Shown piece after piece: positions 1 to 9,425 of a stretch of DNA of 64,000 nt. The DNA lies in the NCBI GenBank assembly GCA_951812955.1, contig OX638340.1, positions 3,749,437-3,813,436 of the forward strand, written 5' to 3'. Both the position numbers and the translations under genes were made by a program. This DNA comes from an uncultured Gemmatimonadota bacterium (GTDB lineage Bacteria > JAAXHH01). How positions within the stretch are numbered: the stretch's first letter is position 1; each line of letters begins with the position of its first letter. The notes beneath the pieces are model-generated. The model had not been told where the DNA came from, did not search any database, and saw only the letters and a program-made list of their open reading frames with translations.

Positions 1-24
1 CGGGGGGCGCCCCCGCGCCTACGG

Positions 25-1017
25 TCAACCGGGGAATTCGAACCGCCGGATAAGGTCGAACTCCGCGGGGTCGAGCGGGGTGCCGTCGGGGCGCATCATG
101 TCGTGCTGCCAGACCGGGGGCGTGGGATCGCCCTTTTTGGATTCCCAGGCCAGGTTGGTCTGCGTCCTGCCCGCCACGAGTCCCCAGTTGTACCAACCGA
201 TCCGGTTTTCCGCGAATACGGGCAGCATTTCCGCAAACGTGTTACCGTGGTGCCGCCGCAGCCATTCCGTGCAGATCACGGGTCGATCATACGCGTTGCA
301 CCTGGCGAGGCTGGGCCCGATTCTGTCCGCCGCTTCGTAGTAGTGAAACGAGATGATATCGGACAACTCGAACAGCAGCGCGGAAAGGTCGTCTTCGAAG
401 GCGTTCCATGTCCACGGCCCCGTGGTAAGCGGTTGCATGGGACCGACGGAACGCGCCCAGGCGAAGGCGTCCTCGACGAGAGGCTGGCTTCTCAGGTCGT
501 CGTCCGGTTCGTTGTACAGGTCCCACATCAGGACGCGCGGGTCCGATCCGAAGCTGCCGACGATGTCCTTTACGTAGCGTTCGAGTTGCGGCCAGGCATC
601 CCGGTCGGCAAGGCGTTCGAACCCAGGACTCGGCACCCACTGGCTGTTGTGTACGCCGGGCACCGGATCGTCCTGCGGTCCCAGATAGGGGTCGCGGCCC
701 CCGAAGAAGCAGTCGCAGAAGAGAATGACCATGGTGCTGATACCGTGCCGCGACGCGATGGCCAGGAACCGGTCGAGCCGGTGCTTCAGGCCCTCCGGGT
801 CGTCTTCCCAGACCAGGTACTGCACGAAGATCCGCACGCTGTTGTAACCCGCTCCGGCGGCCCATCCCAGCTCCTGGTCGATGGTTGCCGGGTCGAATGT
901 GGGCGCCTGCCACATCTCGGTCATGTTCACGGCCGTGCGCGGGAGGTAGTTGCAGCCACGGATGACGCCGGTTTCCCGGTACCATGCGTGGGCTCTTTCG
1001 GGGGTCCATGTGTTCAT
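25..1017 (-). CDS. Glycoside hydrolase family 5 (cellulase/mannanase-like) enzyme
   Basis: Track ORF 25..1053. GH5 catalytic NEP motif (LMWDLYNEPDD) and TIM-barrel-like layout. Likely ATG at 1017 (internal Met 13), preceded by AAGAGGA Shine-Dalgarno. No signal peptide. Confidence 0.6.
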   Translation of the reverse strand: MNTWTPERAHAWYRETGVIRGCNYLPRTAVNMTEMWQAPTFDPATIDQELGWAAGAGYNSVRIFVQYLVWEDDPEGLKHRLDRFLAIASRHGISTMVILFCDCFFGGRDPYLGPQDDPVPGVHNSQWVPSPGFERLADRDAWPQLERYVKDIVGSFGSDPRVLMWDLYNEPDDDLRSQPLVEDAFAWARSVGPMQPLTTGPWTWNAFEDDLSALLFELSDIISFHYYEAADRIGPSLARCNAYDRPVICTEWLRRHHGNTFAEMLPVFAENRIGWYNWGLVAGRTQTNLAWESKKGDPTPPVWQHDMMRPDGTPLDPAEFDLIRRFEFPG

Positions 1018-1030
1018 GCCATTCCTCTTC

Positions 1031-1094
1031 GTTTCAGCCCGGAATTGTTTCAACCCGGAATCGTTTCAACCCGGAATCGTTTCAGCCCGGTATA
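1031..1094. repeat. Tandem direct repeat, about 16 bp unit x4 (gtttcaRcccggaaty), immediately upstream of the GH5 RBS and overlapping the rdgB stop
   Basis: Read directly: gtttcagcccggaatt / gtttcaacccggaatc / gtttcaacccggaatc / gtttcagcccggtata. Confidence 0.7.
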
Positions 1095-1678
1095 TCCTTT
1101 AAGTCGCCCAGTATTTCCGCGATCCGCCGTAACGCCATGGCCCGGTGACTGATCCGGTTTTTCGTCCTGGCATCCAGTTCGGCGAACGTGCTTTCATAGC
1201 CCGCGGGAACGAACAACGGATCGTAGCCGAATCCGGACTCGCCCCGGGGTTCCCGAAGTATCCGGCCCTCGCACACCCCGTCCGAGGTCCAGGTCCGTCC
1301 ATCCGGCGCCACGACCGCCATGACGCACCGGAACCGGGCGGTTCGGTCGCCGTCGGCGACGCCGGCGAGGGCTTCTAGCAGACGGTGCATGTTGTCCCGG
1401 TCGCTGGCTGTCGCACCGGCGTACCGGGCCGAGTGCACGCCGGGCGCCCCGCCCAGGGCGTCCACCTCCAGGCCCGAGTCGTCCGCCAGCGCGGTTTTAC
1501 CCGTGAACCCTGCGACGGCACGCGCCTTGATGAGGGCGTTCTCCTCGAAGGTACGGCCCGATTCCTCCGGTTCGGGACAGCCGGGGAAAGACGCGGCAGT
1601 CGCGACCCGCACACCGGTCAGCAGCGCTTCGATTTCGGAGATCTTGCCCGGGTTGCGTGTGGCCAGGACGATGGTCAT
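1082..1678 (-). CDS. rdgB: Non-canonical purine NTP pyrophosphatase (dITP/XTP pyrophosphatase, RdgB/Ham1 family)
   Basis: 198 aa; N-terminus MTIVLATRNPGKISE plus FGYDP motif typical of RdgB; classic rph-rdgB adjacency. Confidence 0.85.
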   Translation of the reverse strand: MTIVLATRNPGKISEIEALLTGVRVATAASFPGCPEPEESGRTFEENALIKARAVAGFTGKTALADDSGLEVDALGGAPGVHSARYAGATASDRDNMHRLLEALAGVADGDRTARFRCVMAVVAPDGRTWTSDGVCEGRILREPRGESGFGYDPLFVPAGYESTFAELDARTKNRISHRAMALRRIAEILGDLKDIPG

Positions 1679-1687
1679 GGTCGTGAC

Positions 1688-2419
1688 CTAGCCCCGACCC
1701 AGCGCCTGTTTCTGCAGATCGATCAACTGGTTTACACCCTGTTTGCCGAGGTCGAGCATGGCCGACAGTTGTTCTGTGGAAAAGGGGTGGTGCTCCGCGG
1801 TGCCCTGGATTTCCACCAGGTCGCCTCCGCCCGTCATGACGAGATTCATGTCGACGTCCGCCGTGGAGTCCTCGTCGTAGCAGAGATCGAGCATGGGGAC
1901 GCCTCCGACTATGCCCACGCTGATGGCAGCAACCGCGTCCCGGATGGGGTCGCGATCGATCAATCCACGCTCGGACAGCCAGGACACCGCGTCACAAAGC
2001 GCCACGAAACTGCCAGTGATCGATGCGGTACGGGTTCCTCCATCGGCTTCGATAACGTCGCAATCAATGAGGATGGACCGTTCCCCCAGGCTGTTCAGTT
2101 CGCAAACAGCACGAAGAGACCGCCCGATAAGCCGTTGGATTTCCTGCGTGCGGCCGGAGACGCCGCCGCGGCGGCCGTTCCGGGATACGCGCGTGTTCGT
2201 GCTTCGCGGCAGCATGCCATATTCCGCGGTGACCCAGCCTTTGCCGCTCCCTTTCAAAAAGGGCGGTACGCTCTCGTCCACACTCGCTGAACAGAGCACG
2301 GACGTGCCGCCCATGACGATCAGAGCGGAGCCCTCCGCGTGCCGGAGGTAATTGCGCCGGATTTCGACAGGACGCAACCGGTCGGTCTCCCGGCCATCGA
2401 TCCTTGACACAGGTGCCAC
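1688..2419 (-). CDS. rph: Ribonuclease PH
   Basis: 243 aa; [15 protein letters not shown]... typical RNase PH N-terminus and length; directly upstream of rdgB. Confidence 0.9.
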   Translation of the reverse strand: MAPVSRIDGRETDRLRPVEIRRNYLRHAEGSALIVMGGTSVLCSASVDESVPPFLKGSGKGWVTAEYGMLPRSTNTRVSRNGRRGGVSGRTQEIQRLIGRSLRAVCELNSLGERSILIDCDVIEADGGTRTASITGSFVALCDAVSWLSERGLIDRDPIRDAVAAISVGIVGGVPMLDLCYDEDSTADVDMNLVMTGGGDLVEIQGTAEHHPFSTEQLSAMLDLGKQGVNQLIDLQKQALGRG

Positions 2420-2476
2420 TGCTACATCCTTTGCTTTCGTGTAGGCGTGCGGACGGTAGAGAGAACGGAGATCGCG

Positions 2477-2938
2477 CTACATGCTCTCTTCCTCTTCCGC
2501 GATGAGTGCGAGGGCGTCGCGGGGATTTTCCGTTGCGATCAGCCGTTTGCGAAGGTTATCGTGCCTGAGCAGGCGGGAAATGTGGGCGAGCGCCCGGATA
2601 TGGGGACCGGACACGTTCAGGGGCGAGACGAGCAGGAAGAAGAGGTAGACAGGCTGCTCGTCGAGGGACTGGAAATCCACGCCCTCCTTCTTGATCCCGA
2701 GCACCCCGACCAGCTTGTCGACGGCCTTGCATTTGCCGTGGGGGATGGCGACCCCCTTGCCGATCCCGGTGCTCATGATCTTCTCCCGTTCCAGGACGGC
2801 CTGCAGCACCTCCCGATTGTCGCTGATCCTGCCGGACGCAGTCAGCGCCGCGGCCAGTTCCTCGATCACTTCCTGCTTCTGCGTGGCCTTAAGGTCTACC
2901 AGGATAGCGTTTTCATCCAACAATTCCGTCAAGCTCAT
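2477..2938 (-). CDS. ptsN: PTS EIIA-Ntr nitrogen regulatory protein
   Basis: PTS EIIA type-2 fold with phosphorylatable His region (GVAIPHGK). Start placed at internal Met (MSLTELLD), giving about 154 aa. Confidence 0.7.
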   Translation of the reverse strand: MSLTELLDENAILVDLKATQKQEVIEELAAALTASGRISDNREVLQAVLEREKIMSTGIGKGVAIPHGKCKAVDKLVGVLGIKKEGVDFQSLDEQPVYLFFLLVSPLNVSGPHIRALAHISRLLRHDNLRKRLIATENPRDALALIAEEEESM

Positions 2939-3139
2939 GCCATGCTCCTGTTTCCCCCATCCTGCCTGAAAACGTATTCGCTTCAAAAACCTGTGTGATT
3001 CTATGTACCCGCCCTGGAATTGTCAACAACGATTTGGATGGCCTCCCAGTCCGTCCGTCCGGAGGCAAATGAAAAAGCCGCCTGACCATGTCGTCAGACG
3101 GCTTCTTAAATCCTGGCAGTCTTCAGCGATAGTGTCCGA

Positions 3140-3682
3140 TCAACCGCCGGCGCGTTCCGCGAAACTGTCTGCTGTCATGTGGGCGGATTCGAGCTGCATT
3201 TTAAGATCGTACCATTTCTCGTTCGCCTTAAGGTCATTGAGTTGCATGGTAAGGGAGTCGGCGAATGCCGAAGCTTCCTGGGCAAGCGTACGGGCTGCCC
3301 TTCCACGGCCCTGCTCGATGCTGCTTGAAATCTCGCCCCAGCGTTCAAGGAAAGCCGGCAGGGCTTCGTCGATCTCACGCTTCGTCAACTCCTTCTGCAC
3401 TACGGATTCCTGGCTGGCCGACTCCACGAGCGCCATGGTATTTTCGGCAGCGGTTTTCGCGTCGCCGTACTCCTCGGCAGCCATGTGTGCCCTGGCCTTT
3501 TCGAGCTCGGCGGCGGCCATTTCGTATTCAGCCGGCGCGTACTTGTCGACTTCGGCTTCCATCGCGTCGGATATGGCCAGTTCCGCTGCGTCCATGGCCT
3601 CGGTGGGTGGTCCCGCGCACGCAGCGGCCACGAACAGGCATGCGACGGCGCTCAGACAGGTCAGAAAGGCCTGCTTGGACAT
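3140..3682 (-). CDS. Putative secreted/lipoprotein of unknown function (alanine/glutamate-rich helical)
   Basis: Internal Met start MSKQAFLTCLSAVACLFVAAACAG gives signal peptide plus lipobox-like AAAC. Remainder low-complexity AE-rich helix. Confidence 0.45.
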   Translation of the reverse strand: MSKQAFLTCLSAVACLFVAAACAGPPTEAMDAAELAISDAMEAEVDKYAPAEYEMAAAELEKARAHMAAEEYGDAKTAAENTMALVESASQESVVQKELTKREIDEALPAFLERWGEISSSIEQGRGRAARTLAQEASAFADSLTMQLNDLKANEKWYDLKMQLESAHMTADSFAERAGG

Positions 3683-3920
3683 GATTGAACCTCCTGTTGA
3701 AACCAGAAATGACGAATGTAAGATCGCTTTATTCGATACCGAATCGACCGGGAAAGACATTATTTCGACAGCATAACACAAATATAATAGACCGGTTCAA
3801 AGGGGTGTCCAGTAAAAAACGTGTCAGGCGCAAAAAACATGACCCGCGGCGGCGGTGCGACCGGGGCGGAAACGGCGCAAGACCGCCCCGCCGGTCAGGC
3901 GTTCGGAGTGGTGATTCCCC

Positions 3921-3949
3921 TTGACATACCGGCCTGTAAACCTTAGTGT
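3921..3949 (+). promoter_or_regulatory. Candidate sigma70-like promoter for purC (TTGACA-17nt-TAGTGT)
   Basis: Read in the 350 bp divergent intergenic region. The -10 element is weak, so low confidence. Confidence 0.25.
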
Positions 3950-4031
3950 GATGGGCTGAGCCGGGAGCGGTATCGACTTTGTGACCGACCGATGCGCAGC
4001 CGTCCATTCACCGAAAGGACCATCGCGAAGC

Positions 4032-4991
4032 ATGGTGTCTGAAGACGTCCTCAGGAGGCAGTTGGAATACGTACTGCACGGTACCAGCTTCGACCTGGGC
4101 AGCAAATTCGAGGGCAAGGTCAGGGACAACTACAGTCTGGACGGGAAGCGGATCATCGTGACCACCGATCGAATTTCCGCCTTCGACAGGGTGTTGTGCG
4201 CCCTGCCCTTCAAGGGGCAGGTCATCAACCAGACCGCGGCCTTCTGGTTCGAGCAGACCCGCCAGATAATCGAGAACCACCTGATCGACGTGCCGGATCC
4301 GAACGTACTCGTGGCCAGGGAGTGCAGGCTGATTCCCGTCGAGATGGTCGTCCGCGGCTACCTGACCGGCGTGACTACCACATCTGCATGGTACCACTAT
4401 TCACATGGAAATCGCAATTTCTGCGGACACGCCCTGCCGGAGGGCATGAAGAAGAACCAGGCCTTCGACCAACCCATCATAACCCCTTCCACCAAGCCGG
4501 TTCAGGGCGGCCATGACGAGTCCATCTCGGGGGAGGAAGTGCTTCGAAGAGGTCTCGTGGAAGAACCGGTGTATCGTGAAATGGAGCGAGCGGCCCTGGA
4601 ACTGTTCGCATTCGGTACGGAAAAGGCCGCCGCCAATAATCTCATCCTGGTGGATACCAAGTATGAGTTCGGCCTGTTCGAGGACCGGGTCATGCTGATC
4701 GACGAGATCCACACGCCAGACTCTTCCAGGTTCTGGGTAAAGAACACCTATCAGGATCTTTTCGAACGGGGCGAGGAGCCGGAAAAACTGGACAAGGAAT
4801 TCGTCCGTGGATGGCTCGCGGACCGCGGTTTTCGTGGTGACGGTCCCATACCCCCTATCCCGGACGAGGTCAAAATTGAAGCTGCCCGCCGTTACATTAA
4901 GGCCTACGAGATGATAACCGCCAGAACCTTCGAAGCCCGGAACGAGGATGTGTTGCAGCGGATCACCCACCGGCTGCGGAACCCGAACTAG
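4032..4991 (+). CDS. purC: Phosphoribosylaminoimidazole-succinocarboxamide (SAICAR) synthase
   Basis: GKVRDNY...TTDRISAFD motif; long-form PurC. Track ORF begins at GTG 3981; Met at 4032 chosen (the GTG at 3981 is possible). Confidence 0.85.
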   Translation: MVSEDVLRRQLEYVLHGTSFDLGSKFEGKVRDNYSLDGKRIIVTTDRISAFDRVLCALPFKGQVINQTAAFWFEQTRQIIENHLIDVPDPNVLVARECRLIPVEMVVRGYLTGVTTTSAWYHYSHGNRNFCGHALPEGMKKNQAFDQPIITPSTKPVQGGHDESISGEEVLRRGLVEEPVYREMERAALELFAFGTEKAAANNLILVDTKYEFGLFEDRVMLIDEIHTPDSSRFWVKNTYQDLFERGEEPEKLDKEFVRGWLADRGFRGDGPIPPIPDEVKIEAARRYIKAYEMITARTFEARNEDVLQRITHRLRNPN

Positions 4992-5076
4992 CAGACCACA
5001 GGACACGCTCGGAATGGATGCCATCGTCCGGGATCACCCACCGGCTGCGAAACCCGAAATAGCTGACCCCTCTCGT

Positions 5077-8000
5077 ATGCGCCTGTCAAACCTTCTTGAA
5101 ATCTCTGAAAAGTCCCCTGTCGTACAGCGTTACCTGGCGTTGGCCGCCGATACCGCCTGCTCCGCGAGGGTATCTGGGCTGGCAGGTTCTTCGCGTTCCC
5201 TTCTACTCGCGCACGCGCATAGAAAACGGAACGGCGCGACGCTGGTCATCGTGGAGGACACGGCCTCCGCCGAGGAGATGTTCGAGGATGTCTCCAGTCT
5301 TCTGGATCCCGGGGACGTGGCGCTGTTCCCCCCCTGGGAGGTGCTGCCCTACGACCAGGTCTCTCCGCCGGGCGACTTGTCGGGCCGGCGTCTCGGCGCG
5401 CTGCACGAACTGATGAAGAACAGGCCGCTGTTCGTCGTCGCCACGGTCAGGGCCGTCATGCAGCGCACCATGCCGCCGGCCGTGCTTGCCGGCTCCATCC
5501 TTCACGTCGCCGCGGGCGCTACAGTCTCGTTGAGCGATCTTACAGCGCGGTGCAACCGGCTCGGCTACGAGCGAACGGACATGGTCCAGGCGCCTGGCCA
5601 CTTCAGCGTGCGGGGCGGTATCGTGGATGTTTTCCCCCACGGGATGGAACAACCGTGCAGAATCGAGTTCTTCGGTGACGTAGTGGAATCGATTCGGCTG
5701 TTTGACATCTACACGCAGCGGTCGTCTCGGAACATCCAGGAACTGACGGTGCTCCCGAACAGGGAATTGATCGACGAGCCTGAAACGCGTGCCGATGTGG
5801 TCAGGCGGGTCAGGCAGGCGGCCGAATCGTTTTCGACCGACGCGTCCGAACTGGTCTCTCACATCGAGGACGGAGGTCTGTTCGAAGGCAGCGAACGCTA
5901 CCTTCCCTATTTCCATCCCTCCGCCGCCACCATCATGAATTACCTGCCGGATCACACGCTGATCGTCCGGTGCGAACCCGATGAATTGGAGCGCGAAGCG
6001 GAATCATTCGCGGAGGAATATGAAAACACCCACCTTCGTCGAACGGAGGCGGGTGATCTGGTTCCCGAGCCGGAAGAAGCGATTCTGGGCTGGCATGACA
6101 TAGAGGAGGACTCGGCCTACTATGGCACGATGGACATGGTGCGCGGCGCGCGTGCGTCCAGGGGCTGGCTCGCCATCGGTACCGAGGCATCGGGCGTGTA
6201 CCACGGGGCGATGGACGTCCTGAAGTCCCGGCTGGAGGAATGGAGCGCGGACAACGCCCGGATCGTGGTGGTATGCGACAACGAAGGACAGGCGGAAAGA
6301 CTGCGGGAGATCCTGGGTCCGGACTCCCCGGTGATCGAAATGGCCGTCGGACCGATGCACGCCGGGTTTGTTCTTCCCGACTTGCCCCTCGTGGTGTTGA
6401 CCGACGCGGAGATCTTCAACCGTTACCGCAGACGCCGTCGCAAGGTCTTCAAGGAAGGCGTGGTGATCGAGGATTTCACCAGCCTCAAAGAAGGGGACTA
6501 CGTCGTCCATATAGACCACGGCATCGGCCGGTACGTAGGGTTGAAGCGAATCTCCGTGGACGACCGGGAACGGGACTGCCTGACCCTGATCTACGCCGCA
6601 GACGACCGGGTTTTCATCCCCATCGAGCAGTTGCACCGGGTTCAGAAGTATATCGGTTCCGATGGCGAGGTGCCTGCGTTGTCGAAACTGGGCGGGCGAG
6701 CCTGGGAACAGGCCAAGTCGCGCACCCGAAAGGCGGTCAAGGATATCGCCGAAGATCTGGTCAAGCTCTACGCGGCCCGGCAGGCCAGCCCGGGACACGC
6801 CTTCTCGGCCGACACTCCCTGGCAGACGGAAATGGAAGACTCCTTCATCTACGAGGATACACCCGACCAGGAGTCGGCGACATCGGACGTAAAGTCGGAC
6901 ATGGAGAAATCGGTGCCCATGGACCGATTGATCTGCGGGGACGTGGGGTACGGGAAGACGGAAGTGGCGATACGCGCCGCATTCAAGGCGGTGCTGGACG
7001 GTAAACAGGTCGCCGTGCTGGCCCCGACCACCATCCTGGCCCAGCAGCACCTGACCACCTTCTCCGAGCGGCTCGCGGACTACCCGGTGAACATTCGCAT
7101 GCTGAGCCGCTTCGTTACGCCGCAGGAACAGAAAACCGTTGTGTCCGGGCTCAGGAACGGCGACGTGGATGTCGTCATCGGCACGCACCGCCTCATTTCC
7201 GCCGACATAGAATTTCATGACATGGGCCTGCTTGTCGTCGACGAAGAACAGCGGTTCGGCGTGGCCCACAAGGAGCGGCTCAAGCAATTGAAGACCTCCG
7301 TGGACGTCATGACCATGACCGCCACGCCCATACCGCGGACGTTGCACATGTCGTTGGTTTCCGCCCGCGACATGTCGCTCATCACCACCCCGCCGAGGGA
7401 CCGGCTGCCGGTGCACACCGAGGTGGTGCGTTTCAACGAAGATGTGATCTGCGAGGCGATCATGCGGGAGGTGGACCGGGGCGGACAGGTCTTTTTCGTT
7501 CACAACCGGGTACAATCCATCGAGGCGGTCGCGGAATTCCTGCGTCGCCTCCTGCCCCAGGTATCTTTCGTCGTGGGCCACGGGCAGATGCAGGAGCGGG
7601 AATTGGAGCAGGTGATGATCGACTTTCTGGATCAAAAGTATGATTGCCTCGTGTCCACGATGATCATCGAATCCGGTCTGGATATTCCCAATGTAAACAC
7701 CATCCTGGTCAATCGCGCGGACCGGTTCGGACTTGCCCAGTTGTACCAGCTCCGGGGCCGCGTGGGGAGGTCAAATCACCGGGCCTACGCGTACCTGATG
7801 ATCCCCGCCGCCGGAACGGTCACGCCCGACGCCCGCAAGCGGCTGGCCGTGATCTCCGAGTACACCGCGCTCGGATCGGGATTCCATATCGCCATGAGGG
7901 ACCTCGAGATCCGTGGCGCGGGCAACCTGCTGGGCACGGAGCAACACGGGTTCATATCCTCCATCGGGTTCGATCTCTACTGCCGTCTGTTGAAAGAGGC

Positions 8001-8478
8001 GATGGAGGACCTTAAGGGCGAGACGCGCGAAGAGACCCACGAGGCCGAAATCGAACTGCAGGTGAGTGCCTTCATTCCCGATGACTATATCGCCGATCGA
8101 AAGCTCAAGGTCGGCTTTTACCAGCGGCTTTCACGGGTGGAAGAGGAAGGGGACGTCGTCTCGTTGCGGGAGGAGATGCAGGACCGGTTCGGCCGGCTTC
8201 CCGACCCGGTTCGCGTCCTTTTCGACCTGGTATCCATTCGGCAGATTGCGGTCCGGATCGGCCTGAAGCAGCTCAGCGTACGCGGTAATGAAATGGCCCT
8301 GACCTACAGGAACGGCCTCTACCCTTCGAGGGAAAGGATCGCGAACGTGACGGACGATCCCGCGCTGGACATCGAGTTTCCCCACGGTGACGGGTTCCGA
8401 ATCAGGGCGGGACTGATCGGAAAATCGGAAGCTGAACGGGTCGAAACAGCTAAAAACCTGTTGCTTAAACTGCTGTGA
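5077..8478 (+). CDS. mfd: Transcription-repair coupling factor
   Basis: 1176-aa track ORF. Canonical Mfd N-terminus from MRLSNLLEIS. DHGIGRY motif, SF2 helicase motifs (GDVGYGKTEVA, DEEQRFGV) and C-terminal TRCF domain. Confidence 0.95.
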   Translation: MRLSNLLEISEKSPVVQRYLALAADTACSARVSGLAGSSRSLLLAHAHRKRNGATLVIVEDTASAEEMFEDVSSLLDPGDVALFPPWEVLPYDQVSPPGDLSGRRLGALHELMKNRPLFVVATVRAVMQRTMPPAVLAGSILHVAAGATVSLSDLTARCNRLGYERTDMVQAPGHFSVRGGIVDVFPHGMEQPCRIEFFGDVVESIRLFDIYTQRSSRNIQELTVLPNRELIDEPETRADVVRRVRQAAESFSTDASELVSHIEDGGLFEGSERYLPYFHPSAATIMNYLPDHTLIVRCEPDELEREAESFAEEYENTHLRRTEAGDLVPEPEEAILGWHDIEEDSAYYGTMDMVRGARASRGWLAIGTEASGVYHGAMDVLKSRLEEWSADNARIVVVCDNEGQAERLREILGPDSPVIEMAVGPMHAGFVLPDLPLVVLTDAEIFNRYRRRRRKVFKEGVVIEDFTSLKEGDYVVHIDHGIGRYVGLKRISVDDRERDCLTLIYAADDRVFIPIEQLHRVQKYIGSDGEVPALSKLGGRAWEQAKSRTRKAVKDIAEDLVKLYAARQASPGHAFSADTPWQTEMEDSFIYEDTPDQESATSDVKSDMEKSVPMDRLICGDVGYGKTEVAIRAAFKAVLDGKQVAVLAPTTILAQQHLTTFSERLADYPVNIRMLSRFVTPQEQKTVVSGLRNGDVDVVIGTHRLISADIEFHDMGLLVVDEEQRFGVAHKERLKQLKTSVDVMTMTATPIPRTLHMSLVSARDMSLITTPPRDRLPVHTEVVRFNEDVICEAIMREVDRGGQVFFVHNRVQSIEAVAEFLRRLLPQVSFVVGHGQMQERELEQVMIDFLDQKYDCLVSTMIIESGLDIPNVNTILVNRADRFGLAQLYQLRGRVGRSNHRAYAYLMIPAAGTVTPDARKRLAVISEYTALGSGFHIAMRDLEIRGAGNLLGTEQHGFISSIGFDLYCRLLKEAMEDLKGETREETHEAEIELQVSAFIPDDYIADRKLKVGFYQRLSRVEEEGDVVSLREEMQDRFGRLPDPVRVLFDLVSIRQIAVRIGLKQLSVRGNEMALTYRNGLYPSRERIANVTDDPALDIEFPHGDGFRIRAGLIGKSEAERVETAKNLLLKLL

Positions 8479-8541
8479 ATTGTTAATGATACCTTCTCGG
8501 ATACTGAAATCGGATCCGCCCGCTATAGAGGGAAGATCAGC

Positions 8542-9408
8542 ATGAAACCCGCGCTTTTTTGCGCCGTTCTTTTGAATGCGGCTCTTCTCTTCACGCAGTG
8601 CCAGTTCCTTACGATCGCCGAAGACCCCGACACGGTTGTCGCGCGGGTGAACCAGTCCACGCTGACGGTCGATCAACTGGAAGCCGAACTGGATGACGCG
8701 GAGCTGCCTGCCGCCACCCTGCAAATGAGGAGGGACTGGGTATCTGTCTGGATCCGGACCGAACTGCTTTACCAGGAAGCCCTGCGGCGAGATTTCGACG
8801 GCGACGGGAAGACGCTCCGGGAACTGGACCGGATGCGCAGAGATCACCTGGCCAACGTCGTGCTGGAACACGTCATCACGGATTCGTCGATGGTGGTTAC
8901 CGATGAAGAGGTGGCGGGTTATTTCGAGGCCAACCGGAAGGAGTTCGTTTACCACGAACCGGAACTCAGGCTCTCGGTTATCGTTCTACCTGACGAGGCC
9001 ACGGCCCGACAGGTCCGCGGCCAGTTGTCGCGCCGCAGCGGTACCTTCGAGGAACTGGCGCGAACGCGATCCATACATCCCTCCTCGGCCGATGGGGGAG
9101 ACCTGGGATTCTTGAAAAGGGCGGATATCACCGACATTTCCGTGCAGGAAATCGTGTTTTCCCTCAGCGTAGGCCAGGTTTCACGGCCGGTCCTTTCCGA
9201 GTCCGGCTCGTTCATCTTCAGGGTCGCGGAGCGTCGCGCGGCGGGCACCGTGCCGCCGTTGGATGAAGTCCGTGGTGAGATCGTCAACAGGATGCTGCAA
9301 GACCGGCGACGCGAACTGGTCAGACGGTTCGTGGATGCGCTGAGGCAATCTTCCGACGTGGAAATCTTCAACGGGAACCTGATGCGGTCGGAACCCGACG
9401 AGCAATAG
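8542..9408 (+). CDS. Periplasmic peptidyl-prolyl cis-trans isomerase (SurA/PpiC parvulin family, single PPIase domain)
   Basis: Signal peptide plus one parvulin domain (GGDLGFLKRADITDI...). 288 aa. Confidence 0.7.
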   Translation: MKPALFCAVLLNAALLFTQCQFLTIAEDPDTVVARVNQSTLTVDQLEAELDDAELPAATLQMRRDWVSVWIRTELLYQEALRRDFDGDGKTLRELDRMRRDHLANVVLEHVITDSSMVVTDEEVAGYFEANRKEFVYHEPELRLSVIVLPDEATARQVRGQLSRRSGTFEELARTRSIHPSSADGGDLGFLKRADITDISVQEIVFSLSVGQVSRPVLSESGSFIFRVAERRAAGTVPPLDEVRGEIVNRMLQDRRRELVRRFVDALRQSSDVEIFNGNLMRSEPDEQ

Positions 9409-9425
9409 ACAGGAAACGGAGGAAC

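Noticed and set aside
103-1152. 349-aa plus-strand ORF (and 287..1009 minus ORF) overlapping the GH5 gene
   Set aside because: Arg/Pro/Gly-rich, no recognisable domains, alternative frame of a gene with clear GH5 motifs.
3950-4031. Possible ZTP (pfl) riboswitch in the purC leader
   Set aside because: Only a vague CCGGGAGCG similarity; the pseudoknot partner and conserved 3' element are not evident.
6004-7635. 543-aa minus-strand ORF inside mfd
   Set aside because: Antisense to a 1100-aa conserved helicase; composition typical of GC-rich shadow ORFs.
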